From a virus: 64,000 bases of DNA. The DNA lies in the IMG/VR virus record IMGVR_UViG_3300046167_000870; one strand, written 5' to 3'. The translations under genes and the position numbers were made by a program. Positions 49,921 to 60,662 of this stretch are shown one piece after another; positions within the stretch are counted from its first letter, which is position 1; each line of letters begins with the position of its first letter. The notes under the pieces were generated by a model, which saw only the letters and a program-made list of their open reading frames with translations, did not search any database and was not told the origin of the DNA.

Positions 49921-51255
49921 TTAATCTTTGTAGTTGCCTACGTATTTAGCGTTAATTGCACCTGCAATTTTTTCAGCATCTTCTCTTGATTTACCTTGAT
50001 CCATGATATCATCTACTACACTATCAAATGATTCCTCTACTTCTTCAGTTTCGTCTACCATTTCTTTTTTAGCATATTTTTTACCACAAGATTTTTCGTA
50101 AATCTTTTCCATTTTAGATTTTTTCTTTTCTAGTTCTTTAATTTCTTTCTGCATTTGCTTCATCTTAGCTTTATCAATTAATTCTTTAAGATTTTCATCT
50201 TCATTAATTGAATTTACTCTATCTACTTTTTCAGCAATATGATCATGTAAGAAATCTAACTGTGCCTCTAATTTTACTGCTTCAGCTTCTTTACCTATTT
50301 CAGCTAATTTAGTATCGATTGATTCTTTTTTTACTTTCTTTTTCTTTTCTTTATCTTTAGCTGCTTTAGCCATTGGCTCTTTTCTATCACCATCTCCATC
50401 GATATCTGGATAATCTGGTCTTGCTTCTTCAGCCATACCTGCTTTTTCTTGAGATGATTCTATAGCTTTTTCTCTTGCTTCATCAAATTTATCTTCACTC
50501 ATTGGAAGATCATCTTCTTTATTTAATTCATTTACAAAATTATCTAATGAATTTGGAGTTTCAACTAATCCTTCTTCAGCTAACATTTTATTAATAACTT
50601 CACCTGATATTGAAGCAAAGCTACTTTTGTTACCATTACTAACACCCATAAAGTGTTCTTTAAGTATATTTTTAATTTTTGATGTAGTTGATTCTTTAAC
50701 TACTTCCATTTGATTATCAATTGCAGGTAAACCAGCTGATTCTTCTTGGTATCCTAATCCTGCAACACCAAATTGTCCTTCTTTTACATAATACATTTGA
50801 TCTTTAGCTAAATTTTTAATTACTTTAGCTTGAGCTTCTTCTAATGTTAGTTTTGGATTATTTTTTATTTCACAGTATACACCATTCATCATTTCTTGAG
50901 CATTAACATTGTTAATGTTATCTACTTTTGGAGAATAGTCGTAATTATGTGAAGCGATATTTTCTACACCATCAGAGACTTTATATGAACCCGCCAATTT
51001 ATTATCCATAGAAAACTTATAATTAGGATCTGCAGATACCTTTTCTTCTGATTTTAGGGTATTAGCTTTCATATCATCGTTAACGATAGGATTAAGTGAT
51101 TTTTCACCTGCTTCATTAATGTAATTAAAATATTTAGCTTCCCATCCTTCTTTAGGGGTTGCCTCGATTTTGTTGATTGGTTTTAAATCAACATAATTTT
51201 CTGTAATTAACTTATCTGTTAACTCCTTGTGTAGTTGTTCAGCTGTTTTTTTCAT
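49921..51255 (-). CDS. Probable head/internal protein
   Basis: Charged; many L/I/V-x-E sites; NLAKDQMYY; head module position. Confidence 0.55.
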   Translation of the reverse strand: MKKTAEQLHKELTDKLITENYVDLKPINKIEATPKEGWEAKYFNYINEAGEKSLNPIVNDDMKANTLKSEEKVSADPNYKFSMDNKLAGSYKVSDGVENIASHNYDYSPKVDNINNVNAQEMMNGVYCEIKNNPKLTLEEAQAKVIKNLAKDQMYYVKEGQFGVAGLGYQEESAGLPAIDNQMEVVKESTTSKIKNILKEHFMGVSNGNKSSFASISGEVINKMLAEEGLVETPNSLDNFVNELNKEDDLPMSEDKFDEAREKAIESSQEKAGMAEEARPDYPDIDGDGDRKEPMAKAAKDKEKKKKVKKESIDTKLAEIGKEAEAVKLEAQLDFLHDHIAEKVDRVNSINEDENLKELIDKAKMKQMQKEIKELEKKKSKMEKIYEKSCGKKYAKKEMVDETEEVEESFDSVVDDIMDQGKSREDAEKIAGAINAKYVGNYKD

Positions 51256-51260
51256 TGTTT

Positions 51261-51500
51261 TTATTTTTCTAATAATGTTTTAATATCTTTAATATAATCT
51301 TTAATTAAATCTGTTCCATAAACGACAGAATAACTTTTAGGTTCATCTTGTCTATAATATTTAACCGTATCTATTTTTGCCTGTCTTAAGGGTTTAATTA
51401 GAGATTTTAATTCATCTTCAATTTCCCCAAAAGCATCAATACGGCTTTGTTGGAATTTTTCTAATTTAGCTTCTTCTTCTTTAACTAGTCTATCCTTCAT
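51261..51500 (-). CDS. Hypothetical head-module protein
   Basis: ATG at 51500 directly after a late motif (track start 51563 is likely too long). Confidence 0.6.
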   Translation of the reverse strand: MKDRLVKEEEAKLEKFQQSRIDAFGEIEDELKSLIKPLRQAKIDTVKYYRQDEPKSYSVVYGTDLIKDYIKDIKTLLEK

Positions 51501-51513
51501 GTTATAAATATTA

Positions 51514-52587
51514 TTATTCTCCCCAAAGTTTACGAACTGGTAAAGTTGATGGAGGCTGTACATAAGTACCGTCTTTATTTTTCTTAACTAGTTTATATTT
51601 AAATTGTTTTACATATGCATTATCTGCTACCCCATTTTCACTTGCTTTAGGGCCTGGGCCTAATGTTGCTCCTGGGTTTTTGTTATTTTCATTTACAGTT
51701 TCTGTCCATACTTTAGGGATTTCTAACCCTAATTCTTTAGCAGCTTTTAATATAAGGTTTCTTACTTTATTAGTATGACTTAACTTTATTGCTTGTTGAA
51801 AATAAGTAATAGCTTCTTCATTACCTTCATTAACAGAATAATCCATATAATTGACTAAACCTGAAGGTTTATTCATTTTAACTCCTTTTTTCTTTTTACC
51901 TTTTTTTAATTTTTTTCTTACAAAAGCATATGGTGTATTATAAGCACCAGCTGCACCTGACATTGACGCTTCATCTACATCAGTTTCAGACATTTGACTT
52001 CTTAAAAGTGATTTCCAACTAACCATTATTTCAGCTACTCCTCTTATAAAATCAGGATTATTTAAATCACCTTTAAATTTACCAAATAATGTTCTTAAAT
52101 CTTCTTTAAATTGATCTACTTTTCCCTTTATTCTTTGAGAAGTTGGTTCAAATTTTTTGTAATCTGGGTCTTCTGGGTTTCTTATAAAACCACTATAAGC
52201 TTCACCAATCCTAGTCATTCTTTTATACTCGTCTGGGTATTCGTTTCTAAGATGTGTTCTTACTTTATTTCTTAATTTACGAGCTTCATCATAAATTTCT
52301 CTAAATTTATCATCATCCTTAGTTTTAACATAAACTCTTTTAGATACATCAACTAACTGATCCATTTCGTCATATAATTTATCAAATCCAGGTAATTGTG
52401 TAATTTTCCAAGAAACAGCACCTGTTTCACTATCTATATTAGTAATAGTAGATTTGGATTGACCATCTGCAGCATAAGTAACTTGACCTACTTGGAATCC
52501 TTCTCCATCTTTACGTTCAAGTTCTTTTGCTGCTGCTTCTGGTGAAGCAGTTTTGGACATTTCACTAAGTTTATATTTGTACGCCAT
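51514..52587 (-). CDS. Probable head/internal protein
   Basis: AGAYNTPYAF motif, multiple x-x-E sites. Confidence 0.55.
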   Translation of the reverse strand: MAYKYKLSEMSKTASPEAAAKELERKDGEGFQVGQVTYAADGQSKSTITNIDSETGAVSWKITQLPGFDKLYDEMDQLVDVSKRVYVKTKDDDKFREIYDEARKLRNKVRTHLRNEYPDEYKRMTRIGEAYSGFIRNPEDPDYKKFEPTSQRIKGKVDQFKEDLRTLFGKFKGDLNNPDFIRGVAEIMVSWKSLLRSQMSETDVDEASMSGAAGAYNTPYAFVRKKLKKGKKKKGVKMNKPSGLVNYMDYSVNEGNEEAITYFQQAIKLSHTNKVRNLILKAAKELGLEIPKVWTETVNENNKNPGATLGPGPKASENGVADNAYVKQFKYKLVKKNKDGTYVQPPSTLPVRKLWGE

Positions 52588-53437
52588 TTGCTACTTGTAT
52601 TTCTTTTACTAGTTCGTAATATTGTAACAAATCAACTAAATTATCATTATCTACTTTATCAGTTTTATTTAATTCAGTCAATAATTTAGCTACTTCTGTA
52701 ATTTTAATTTTAGTAGCTGTATCTTTTATTGATTCTGATATAGTTTCTAAAGTTGATTTTAAAGTATTTACTTTATTATTGTAAAATTCTCTTAATGAAG
52801 GTGTTGAATCTACTGAGTATATAAATTCTTTTAGTATTTCTTTTTGCTCTATACTTAACCCATCATACTTATCATTAAATTTCTCTAATAATATTTTATA
52901 AGTTAAAGTTCTTAAATCTTTATCATAAGATGTAAATTCTTGAACTACTTTTTCTTTTGGTGCTTTAACTACTTTAGTTTTAGTTAAAAATTCTAATATA
53001 GTAACTTTATTATTGTTAATTTGATCTATATTAGTAACTTCTTTGTAGTTATAACTTTCTATTAAAGTATAAATAGAAGCTATTTCTTTATAATTTTTTA
53101 CTTTAGACCCAAAAAAGGATTCTAAGTTATAATGTTTTTTAATTTCATTAATTAGATTGTACTTTTGTTTTCTAAGTACAGATCTATTAAACTTTTTAGA
53201 ACTTTCTAAAATAGTAGATATTAAAGAATTAGCTTTTCCTTCTGATATTACCTTTGATTTCAATATGGATTCATACAATTTATACTCACGTCCCAGTTCT
53301 GTTTTTACAAAATATTCTTTAAGTATATCAATTGCAGGAGAATCTCCCCCTTTTAAAGTATCCGCGGTAATCTGTCTTACTAGCAATTCGAATAATATAC
53401 CAGTATTTTTAAATTTTGAATGTTTTATTTTCATCAA
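52571..53437 (-). CDS. Head-module protein
   Basis: KHSKFKNTGILFELL; follows portal. Confidence 0.65.
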   Translation of the reverse strand: MMKIKHSKFKNTGILFELLVRQITADTLKGGDSPAIDILKEYFVKTELGREYKLYESILKSKVISEGKANSLISTILESSKKFNRSVLRKQKYNLINEIKKHYNLESFFGSKVKNYKEIASIYTLIESYNYKEVTNIDQINNNKVTILEFLTKTKVVKAPKEKVVQEFTSYDKDLRTLTYKILLEKFNDKYDGLSIEQKEILKEFIYSVDSTPSLREFYNNKVNTLKSTLETISESIKDTATKIKITEVAKLLTELNKTDKVDNDNLVDLLQYYELVKEIQVANGVQI

Positions 53438-53458
53438 AAATATATTTATTTATAAATA

Positions 53459-55351
53459 TTAGCTTTTTAGTTGAGATTCATCAAGTAGTGACGATGTGTT
53501 TTCATCTTCCTCAAATATTAATTTTTTCTTGTTAAGAGATCTAAAAATGTCCTTGTTTTTTAAATAAGTTACATGGGCACTTTCTGATTCACTTAAACTT
53601 GGTCTTCCATCACCATCATTTTTATCTGTATCTTTCATACGTTTTACGCCTAATGGATCTTTACCAAAATTATTTTCTTGTTTACCTCTTGTAGTCATTG
53701 AATCAATTGGTCTTCCTTTTTTAGGATCATCTTTAGCATATCCATCAGGTACATTTGCTGGGTCTGATTGTGTTCTACCCATACCATATAATGAAGCTAA
53801 ATCATGAGGTGTACCATATGATTTACCAGTTGCAACTGGGTCATTACCTTCTGCTTTTATTTGATCTAATCTAAATTGACGTTTAGCATCTTCTCGAGCT
53901 AAATCTCTATATTCATCATATTGATCTTCACTAAAGTGGAATACATTATGATAAATCCAATCAGATGGAACTAAACCTTGTTCTAATAATGAACCTGCTA
54001 ATTCTGTTTTAGCTTTTAATAATTCAATTTTTTCTTGGTCATATATAATAGATGGAGTAGTCATTGATAATTCAAAGTTTGTCAATGTCTCATCTGTATA
54101 GCCTTGAGTATATAAGTGTACTAATGCTATTTTATTAAATTCTGATAGTATAATTCTTTGTATTCTATCAATTGTACGAGCAAATCTAATATCTTCAGCT
54201 GCTAATGTAGCTTTACCTTCTGTGTTTTCATCATATCCTAAGAATGCTTTAGGTATTTTAAGAGCAGCAAATAATTTATCTCTTAGATATTCTACATCTT
54301 GAATACCATCATATGATAATCCTGGAGTAGTATCTATTTTTGTTGCGTTATCATTTCCACGAACAGGAATATAGAAATCTTCTAACATATTTTGCATGTT
54401 ATATTTCAAGTTATATTCACCTGTTTTTTCATCCATCATAGGAGTACGTTTCATACTTGAAATAGTTTTCTGCATAAATGCTTCTACTTCATTAGGTGGA
54501 ATAGCTCCAACGTTTACATAAAATACTCTTTTTTCTGGAGCACGAGCAATTCTATGAATTAACATCGCGTCTTCCATTAATGTATATTGTTTAAATAATT
54601 TTCTAGCTGGTTCAATATATGCTCTACCATAAGGAAGATAATTAACATCAGCTACAAATCTAAAATGTGCCATTTCGTAATTATCAAACACAATACCACC
54701 TCTATCATCATTTACATTTTGATTAGGTACATTATAGTAACCATAAGAACCACCTGCGAATCCATCAGGATTCCATCTAAATTTTACTTCTGATGGGTTT
54801 TCAGGATTTTGACCTTCCATTCTTTCAATGTGATAAGCAGTATAAGGTATTACATTATAAACACCAAATTTTTCTGATATTTCCATTTTTAGGAAAAAAT
54901 CACCATACTTACACATTTGTCTAATCCACATCCAAGCATTAAATTCAATATTTAATACATCATAAAATAAATTATAAAGAATTTTTTGTATATCTTCATT
55001 TGAACTTCTAATTTGAAGTACTTCACCCATATCATTTTTAAGGGTAGATTCATCAGCTAATATATCTAAAGCAGAGGCAATAATAGCATCCTGATCCATT
55101 ATATCATATTCTGAATATAGTTGGGGTCTTAAATAATTATAATTTAAGTTAAATTGGGCTCCATATAAAGATGAAGGAGCTGTTGAGTATACTCGATTAA
55201 ATCGGTCAACTAAAGCATTAGTTTCATATTCGCCACTTGATTGTATATGACCTGAATCTATTGTTTTAATTTGATTACCACCAACGTTCCTGATAACAAC
55301 GTCAGTTGAAAATAATCTTTGTAATCTTGAAAATATGCTTGTATTTGCCAT
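53459..55351 (-). CDS. Portal protein (T4 gp20-like)
   Basis: EDAMLIHRIARAPEKRVFYVNVG, EDFYIPVRG, ALKIP. Confidence 0.95.
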   Translation of the reverse strand: MANTSIFSRLQRLFSTDVVIRNVGGNQIKTIDSGHIQSSGEYETNALVDRFNRVYSTAPSSLYGAQFNLNYNYLRPQLYSEYDIMDQDAIIASALDILADESTLKNDMGEVLQIRSSNEDIQKILYNLFYDVLNIEFNAWMWIRQMCKYGDFFLKMEISEKFGVYNVIPYTAYHIERMEGQNPENPSEVKFRWNPDGFAGGSYGYYNVPNQNVNDDRGGIVFDNYEMAHFRFVADVNYLPYGRAYIEPARKLFKQYTLMEDAMLIHRIARAPEKRVFYVNVGAIPPNEVEAFMQKTISSMKRTPMMDEKTGEYNLKYNMQNMLEDFYIPVRGNDNATKIDTTPGLSYDGIQDVEYLRDKLFAALKIPKAFLGYDENTEGKATLAAEDIRFARTIDRIQRIILSEFNKIALVHLYTQGYTDETLTNFELSMTTPSIIYDQEKIELLKAKTELAGSLLEQGLVPSDWIYHNVFHFSEDQYDEYRDLAREDAKRQFRLDQIKAEGNDPVATGKSYGTPHDLASLYGMGRTQSDPANVPDGYAKDDPKKGRPIDSMTTRGKQENNFGKDPLGVKRMKDTDKNDGDGRPSLSESESAHVTYLKNKDIFRSLNKKKLIFEEDENTSSLLDESQLKS

Positions 55352-55382
55352 TTCTATATATTAATTATTGTTATAAATATTA

Positions 55383-56954
55383 CTATAATAACCAATCAAT
55401 GTTTTCTTTACCCTTATTTGTATCAATTTGATAAGGATTTTTCATTTGTTGGTTATTACCATAACTCCCTTGATATGCTGTTCTATTAACTTGCATATTA
55501 TTTAAGGATTGTCTGGTTAAGTCTATTCCTCTTTGTTTAAATTTTAATGCTGTATCTCTAATGTACATAGCAATACTAAAAGCCATAACTAAATCATCAT
55601 TGTATCCTGATTGAGCTTCTGGTCTTCCATTACGCCATATAAATGTTTTCATTTCTTCTACTAATCTTTTAGATTGTATTGTTACTCCTTTATCACCTAT
55701 GTATTCTTGAAATTTACCAATTACCATAGGTCTCGTTCTTGATGACATAGTAAATCCAGGAACCATTTTTGAATGATCTTGATATTTATCAAAATACGAA
55801 TTAACATTGGCTTCTCCACCCTTTTGTGAATAGTAGAGGTTCTGATATTGTCTATCAATAACAACTTGTATAGTTGCCCACCCAATATTAGCATTTTCTA
55901 TTACTAACATTGCTTCATTATATTCTGTAGCTATACCTACTAATAAGTGTCCATATTCTTTAGTTCCAATTTGTCCTTTATATTCAGCTACTTGTACATT
56001 TGTTTCTGTATCTATAACATGAAATGCAGAATAATCTTTACCATCACCCCTAGATACATCAGCTACTACCATATAATTTCTTGAATAATCTGCTTGTTCC
56101 CAAACCCATAAATTTTGATCATTACCTCTTCTTTCTAAGGGGTCTTTAACAAATGATTTTTCATAGTATTCTATATATTCAGGATAAAATACAATATCAC
56201 CAGAGGTGCTAAAATCACAATCACATTCTTGTGCTGCCATTCTAGGATCACCTAATAATTCATCTTGTCTTTTTCTCCATGCTTCATCTCTATCTGGGTG
56301 TACATACCAAGGTAATTTGATAGGTAAAAAGTCATTTTCTGCTGCTTCTGCTCTTGACCATGTTTGGTGAAACCAATTACCTGTACCATAAGGTGTAGAT
56401 AATGCTATACAACCACCCCCAGTTGCTAGTGTTTGTTGTGCTGATGCCCATATTTCACCAATATTTTCAATAAAGGCTGCCTCATCAATTAGTAGTAAAG
56501 ATACTGCTTCTGATCTACCGGCATCACTTGAAGCTGATGTTGCTTTAATTTGGGATCCATTTGCTAATCGTAGTGTTAATTTATTATTTTCAGGTGCATC
56601 TATTTTAAGCCATGATGGTAAATTTTCATACATAAATTTTACCTTTGTTACCATGTTTTTAGCTGTGTCCTGCTTTGTTGCAATACAAAGTACGTTTTTA
56701 TCCTTATGGAAAGTCATTAACCATAAAGAATAACCTGCTGATAGAGTAGATATACCTAACTGTCTAGATTTTAATACAATAGAATAAGGATTATCACGCC
56801 ATAGCGTTAATACTTTATCTTGGAATGGATATAAATTAAATTGTATACGTCCACGTTGTGGGTGTTGTATATAACAATATTTACGCATAAAATGCACTGG
56901 ATCCTTAGCACATTTTAAATATTCTTGACGTATTACTTTTTTTAAATCTGACAT
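55383..56954 (-). CDS. Terminase large subunit (T4 gp17-like)
   Basis: KSRQLGIST, LLIDEAAF, STPYG, VADVSRG, NDDLVMA. Confidence 0.96.
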   Translation of the reverse strand: MSDLKKVIRQEYLKCAKDPVHFMRKYCYIQHPQRGRIQFNLYPFQDKVLTLWRDNPYSIVLKSRQLGISTLSAGYSLWLMTFHKDKNVLCIATKQDTAKNMVTKVKFMYENLPSWLKIDAPENNKLTLRLANGSQIKATSASSDAGRSEAVSLLLIDEAAFIENIGEIWASAQQTLATGGGCIALSTPYGTGNWFHQTWSRAEAAENDFLPIKLPWYVHPDRDEAWRKRQDELLGDPRMAAQECDCDFSTSGDIVFYPEYIEYYEKSFVKDPLERRGNDQNLWVWEQADYSRNYMVVADVSRGDGKDYSAFHVIDTETNVQVAEYKGQIGTKEYGHLLVGIATEYNEAMLVIENANIGWATIQVVIDRQYQNLYYSQKGGEANVNSYFDKYQDHSKMVPGFTMSSRTRPMVIGKFQEYIGDKGVTIQSKRLVEEMKTFIWRNGRPEAQSGYNDDLVMAFSIAMYIRDTALKFKQRGIDLTRQSLNNMQVNRTAYQGSYGNNQQMKNPYQIDTNKGKENIDWLL

Positions 56955-56955
56955 A

Positions 56956-57366
56956 TTATTTTGCTAATAGTAGTACTATTCCTCCAACTACTAATGCGCC
57001 CGAACCTAATTGAAACAATTTAGTTTTGGCTTTTTGTTTTTTTAAATCTGTTTGTAATTTTAGAGATAATTCTTGTGATATAGCTAATTGGTCAGATTTT
57101 GCTAATAATATATTTTCAAAATTCATAACACTTTTATTTAAATTAAATATAACACTATCTTTAACAACTATTTTTGTTTCTAATAAACCTAATTTATTAG
57201 ATAATAATTTTAATTCTTCTTTGGCACCGTCCCCTATTATTAGGTCTTTAATTACTAGACGCGCTATCGGCTTTTTTAATTGAATCTTCGTAGTGTCTAT
57301 AACGCTCTGTGAAAAACCTTGTAAGCTCATCATCATTAAAAGAATCAACGGAATTAACTTTTTCAT
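56956..57366 (-). CDS. Secreted coiled-coil protein with C-terminal hydrophobic helix (spanin-like partner)
   Basis: SPI signal peptide, coiled coil, C-terminal TM; overlaps the upstream gene by 119 nt. Confidence 0.5.
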   Translation of the reverse strand: MKKLIPLILLMMMSLQGFSQSVIDTTKIQLKKPIARLVIKDLIIGDGAKEELKLLSNKLGLLETKIVVKDSVIFNLNKSVMNFENILLAKSDQLAISQELSLKLQTDLKKQKAKTKLFQLGSGALVVGGIVLLLAK

Positions 57367-57631
57367 TTACTTTATATTTTAAAGTGACAATCTTTTTATC
57401 TTGCTTGTCTATTTCTGTATCTAACTTTACGATTTGTTGATTTAAAGTATCTATTTTAAATACTAAATCATCGTTTATATGGTGTAAAGAATCTACTTTA
57501 GCTTCCAAAGCATCTATTTTAATATTATAGTCCTCTACATATTTTTCATCTCCTAAAAATACAAAATAAACTAGTGCACTTAATAGAATAAAAATTATAC
57601 TATAAGTAATTAATCTTTCTTTAGACAACAT
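57248..57631 (-). CDS. i-spanin-like protein (N-terminal TM + coiled coil)
   Basis: One TM followed by a long heptad region. Confidence 0.55.
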   Translation of the reverse strand: MLSKERLITYSIIFILLSALVYFVFLGDEKYVEDYNIKIDALEAKVDSLHHINDDLVFKIDTLNQQIVKLDTEIDKQDKKIVTLKYKVNEKVNSVDSFNDDELTRFFTERYRHYEDSIKKADSASSN

Positions 57632-58241
57632 CTTTTTCTAACTTTGCAACTAATGATTCTAGTTCTTTCTTTTGTGGAGTTTTTTTCCTTAATATATCTT
57701 TAATTTTTTCTTTTTCTGCTTCATCACCTTGACTATATTTTCTAGCTAATGATTTCATTTCTGCAGTGATTGATTTTAAAGCTTTAAGTGCTAAATCTAA
57801 TTTTTTATGTTTACCTCTAGCTCCTTTTGCAGCTTTAATTGCATCAGCATCTACATCATCGTCATCAATATCTTCTTCAATACCAGCATCTTTTTTTAAC
57901 TGTACAGTTTTTTCAAGTTCTGCGTTTAAATCTTGTTGAAGTTTAACATCTTTAGGGTCTACTTCTTTTAGATTAGCATTTTTTCCTACTAACTCATCTG
58001 CTTCTTTATCTCTACCACTTCTTCTTAAATAATCTATATATCGTTGATCATCTTCTTTAGGTTGGATTTCTTTTAAAGCATTCATTAGATCACGAATTGC
58101 TTGGCTTTCACCTACATTTCTATACTTCATAAACCTAGCTACAGCTTGTCTTGCCATTCTAATTTCTTCAGATGAAGGGCTTTCATTTAAAGTATCTACG
58201 ATGTTTTCTTTTATAAACGATTTTAATTCAGATTTCTTCAT
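57621..58241 (-). CDS. Probable internal head protein
   Basis: MKKSELKSFIKE...LNE, late motif upstream. Confidence 0.5.
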   Translation of the reverse strand: MKKSELKSFIKENIVDTLNESPSSEEIRMARQAVARFMKYRNVGESQAIRDLMNALKEIQPKEDDQRYIDYLRRSGRDKEADELVGKNANLKEVDPKDVKLQQDLNAELEKTVQLKKDAGIEEDIDDDDVDADAIKAAKGARGKHKKLDLALKALKSITAEMKSLARKYSQGDEAEKEKIKDILRKKTPQKKELESLVAKLEKDVV

Positions 58242-58268
58242 TATATTAGAGTTTTTATTATAAATATG

Positions 58269-58799
58269 TTAAAGACCAGTAATATTCAATATTTGTTCAA
58301 TTCGTTCCTCTGTTGAACCCTTAATTGTTTCTATATTTTTCATCATATATGCATACTTTCTAATAAAACTTGTAATAGTAAAATCAATTATATCCCTATA
58401 ATGTTCATCTGTTTCGCGTACTCCATTATCTTCAATAGGCAAGCCATCAGAAGAAATATAAAAAATATAATCATATTCTCTAATAAATTCTTTCGCATAA
58501 TCAATAAATTTATCTTTATCTTGATAAGGTATAGACTTAGCATTTTGTGTAAATGCCATAACATCAATAACAGTTCTATCTGTTATAATATCTGTTTGAA
58601 TTAATTCAGCACAACGTTCAGCCAAAAATATAGTTTGACCTTTTAATGTTGAATCTGTATTGAGTGGAATACCTTGCTCCATCAAATACTTAGAACGCTC
58701 TGTTCTAAACATATAATCTTTAAATTGCTTTGTTTCTTTTAAAGCATTTACTAATGTAGTTTTACCCACACTCATTGTACCGCATAAACCTATTTTCAT
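58269..58799 (-). CDS. P-loop nucleotide kinase (NadR/AAA_28-like)
   Basis: GTMSVGKTT, ITDRTVID, DNGVR. Confidence 0.8.
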   Translation of the reverse strand: MKIGLCGTMSVGKTTLVNALKETKQFKDYMFRTERSKYLMEQGIPLNTDSTLKGQTIFLAERCAELIQTDIITDRTVIDVMAFTQNAKSIPYQDKDKFIDYAKEFIREYDYIFYISSDGLPIEDNGVRETDEHYRDIIDFTITSFIRKYAYMMKNIETIKGSTEERIEQILNITGL

Positions 58800-58802
58800 A
58801 TC

Positions 58803-59072
58803 TTAGTTTCTATGATTTTGTCCTTTAGGTGCTGGTTGTTTATACCAAGGCAATCCTGTTTGATTTCTAATTGCTTCTTTATGATCAGCTTCACTATACT
58901 GAATACCATATAGATAATATTCTCTTTTTTTCTCATTACCTTCAGGAATCAAAGCTGGTCCTTCCCAGTTATGTAATTTATTATCCCAAAGATAAGCTAT
59001 AGTTCCATCTGCTTTTTTTAATTTTTGACTCTTAGGCCAATCATTGTTTGTATCTTGTTTTTTCATGCCCAT
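58803..59072 (-). CDS. Hypothetical protein
   Basis: KLHNWEGPALI...EYYLYG beta-repeat motif. Confidence 0.65.
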   Translation of the reverse strand: MGMKKQDTNNDWPKSQKLKKADGTIAYLWDNKLHNWEGPALIPEGNEKKREYYLYGIQYSEADHKEAIRNQTGLPWYKQPAPKGQNHRN

Positions 59073-59084
59073 AATATACGAAAT

Positions 59085-60398
59085 TTATTTTAATTTTCCT
59101 AGTAAACTCTCAGCAACATATGTACCTTGTGCACCACTTACCGTTATACCTCTAGCAGAAAGAGCATCACCAACAAAGTGGACGTTAGGATACTTAGTAA
59201 GAGCTAAATCGGAATAATCGACAAGTGGTTCAGGTGATAAGTATTTTACTTCAGGCACATAAATACCCCAATCATCTTTAAGTGTTGGGAATACTTTTTT
59301 CATGTCTTCAATAAAATCATACACATACATAAAGTATGGTTGCATTGCTTTTGATATTTTATGTAATGTATCTACTTGAATAGCTGATACATTTATACCT
59401 TCAGATGTTTGTGATGGTTTTCTACTTGGACTATAATATAATCCAGTACCATCTATCTGTAATTTTTTAACTACATCTCTAGACCAATCAAATGGTTTAT
59501 CAATACCTCTAACTTCCATTAGAATACCAAAATTGGTCATATCATTTCTGAATGATTCGTCTTTTTTAGCGTGTCCATTGTACGAATGATCTCCATACGT
59601 TTCTTCAACGGCAACATAAGCTGCGTTGTTGTTTGTACAGAATGAACGTAATGATACTCCTTTGTCTTCGAATTTACGATACAATTTGAAATCATAGCTT
59701 ACATCAATTAGTTTTTGGAAGTGTTTTTGTGGTGCTTCAAATCGAACACCTATTTGTACTGGTTTTGGTTCAGTTGGTAAATCGTATTTTTCAGCTAATT
59801 GTTTACCAAAGTCAATACCTGATTTACCTACACCAAATATAAGTTCATCATATTGAATTCCTAATTCTTCACCTCCATTTAAAATGCGAGCACGGAGATT
59901 ATTATTATCAAAGTCAATATCTTCTACTTTGGTTTCCCATAAGAATTCTACGCCACCATTAACTAAAAAGTCATACCAATTTTTACCTATTTCATGTAGA
60001 TAATCTGTACCAACGTGCCATACTGGAAATAATCTTAATCCAAAATAGGGTTTAATAAATTCTGGTTCTGCTATTGGATTTGAACATTGTACTTCTTCTG
60101 GTTTAGGGTGGAAACGTTTAAAATTATCAATCACCTGATCAAACAATTCCATTGCTTTTTCTTCACCACAATATTTAGATAATTGTCCTCCAATTGAAGT
60201 ATGGTAAGTTAATTTACCATCAGACCAACCTCCTGCACCTAGGAAGCCTGTCATTACTTCTTCATATGGTCTTAAATATGGGTCTTTACCCATATCAATT
60301 ATGGTAATTTTACCTTTAAAACCATTGTCAATTAGCTTAGTAGCAGCATTTACATTTGCTACACCTGCTCCAATCATTACTACATTTTTACTCACCAT
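59085..60398 (-). CDS. FAD-dependent oxidoreductase
   Basis: IGAGVA, GFLGAGGWSDGKL, GVRFE, RSFC, FVGDA. Confidence 0.85.
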   Translation of the reverse strand: MVSKNVVMIGAGVANVNAATKLIDNGFKGKITIIDMGKDPYLRPYEEVMTGFLGAGGWSDGKLTYHTSIGGQLSKYCGEEKAMELFDQVIDNFKRFHPKPEEVQCSNPIAEPEFIKPYFGLRLFPVWHVGTDYLHEIGKNWYDFLVNGGVEFLWETKVEDIDFDNNNLRARILNGGEELGIQYDELIFGVGKSGIDFGKQLAEKYDLPTEPKPVQIGVRFEAPQKHFQKLIDVSYDFKLYRKFEDKGVSLRSFCTNNNAAYVAVEETYGDHSYNGHAKKDESFRNDMTNFGILMEVRGIDKPFDWSRDVVKKLQIDGTGLYYSPSRKPSQTSEGINVSAIQVDTLHKISKAMQPYFMYVYDFIEDMKKVFPTLKDDWGIYVPEVKYLSPEPLVDYSDLALTKYPNVHFVGDALSARGITVSGAQGTYVAESLLGKLK

Positions 60399-60543
60399 AA
60401 AATCTATTTAAAGTATTATACATTCCTGCTACTCCAAAACTAGCACCGTGTTTTTTGTTTTGTTCTAAAAAAAACATCATTAATCTTTGAAATGAATTAC
60501 CTTCATTTTGTTTTACTAAGTAGAATTCTTTATCTATATTCAT
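60388..60543 (-). CDS. Small protein, 51 aa (not in ORF track)
   Basis: MNIDKEFYLVKQNEGNSFQRLMMFFLEQNKKHGASFGVAGMYNTLNRFYGE, downstream of the promoter motif at 60567. Confidence 0.55.
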   Translation of the reverse strand: MNIDKEFYLVKQNEGNSFQRLMMFFLEQNKKHGASFGVAGMYNTLNRFYGE

Positions 60544-60580
60544 TTGTCATTTATTTTTAACACGTTAATATACGAACTAG

Positions 60581-60606
60581 AAATGGCGTCTCCTAGGGAG
60601 ACGCCA
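60581..60606 (-). terminator. Strong hairpin / probable terminator
   Basis: TGGCGTCTCC-CTA-GGAGACGCCA-TTT. Confidence 0.7.
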
Positions 60607-60662
60607 CAGATGTCTGTTTTTTTTTTAATTAATTTCGACTGGCTATGAATCAGTCTATATGT

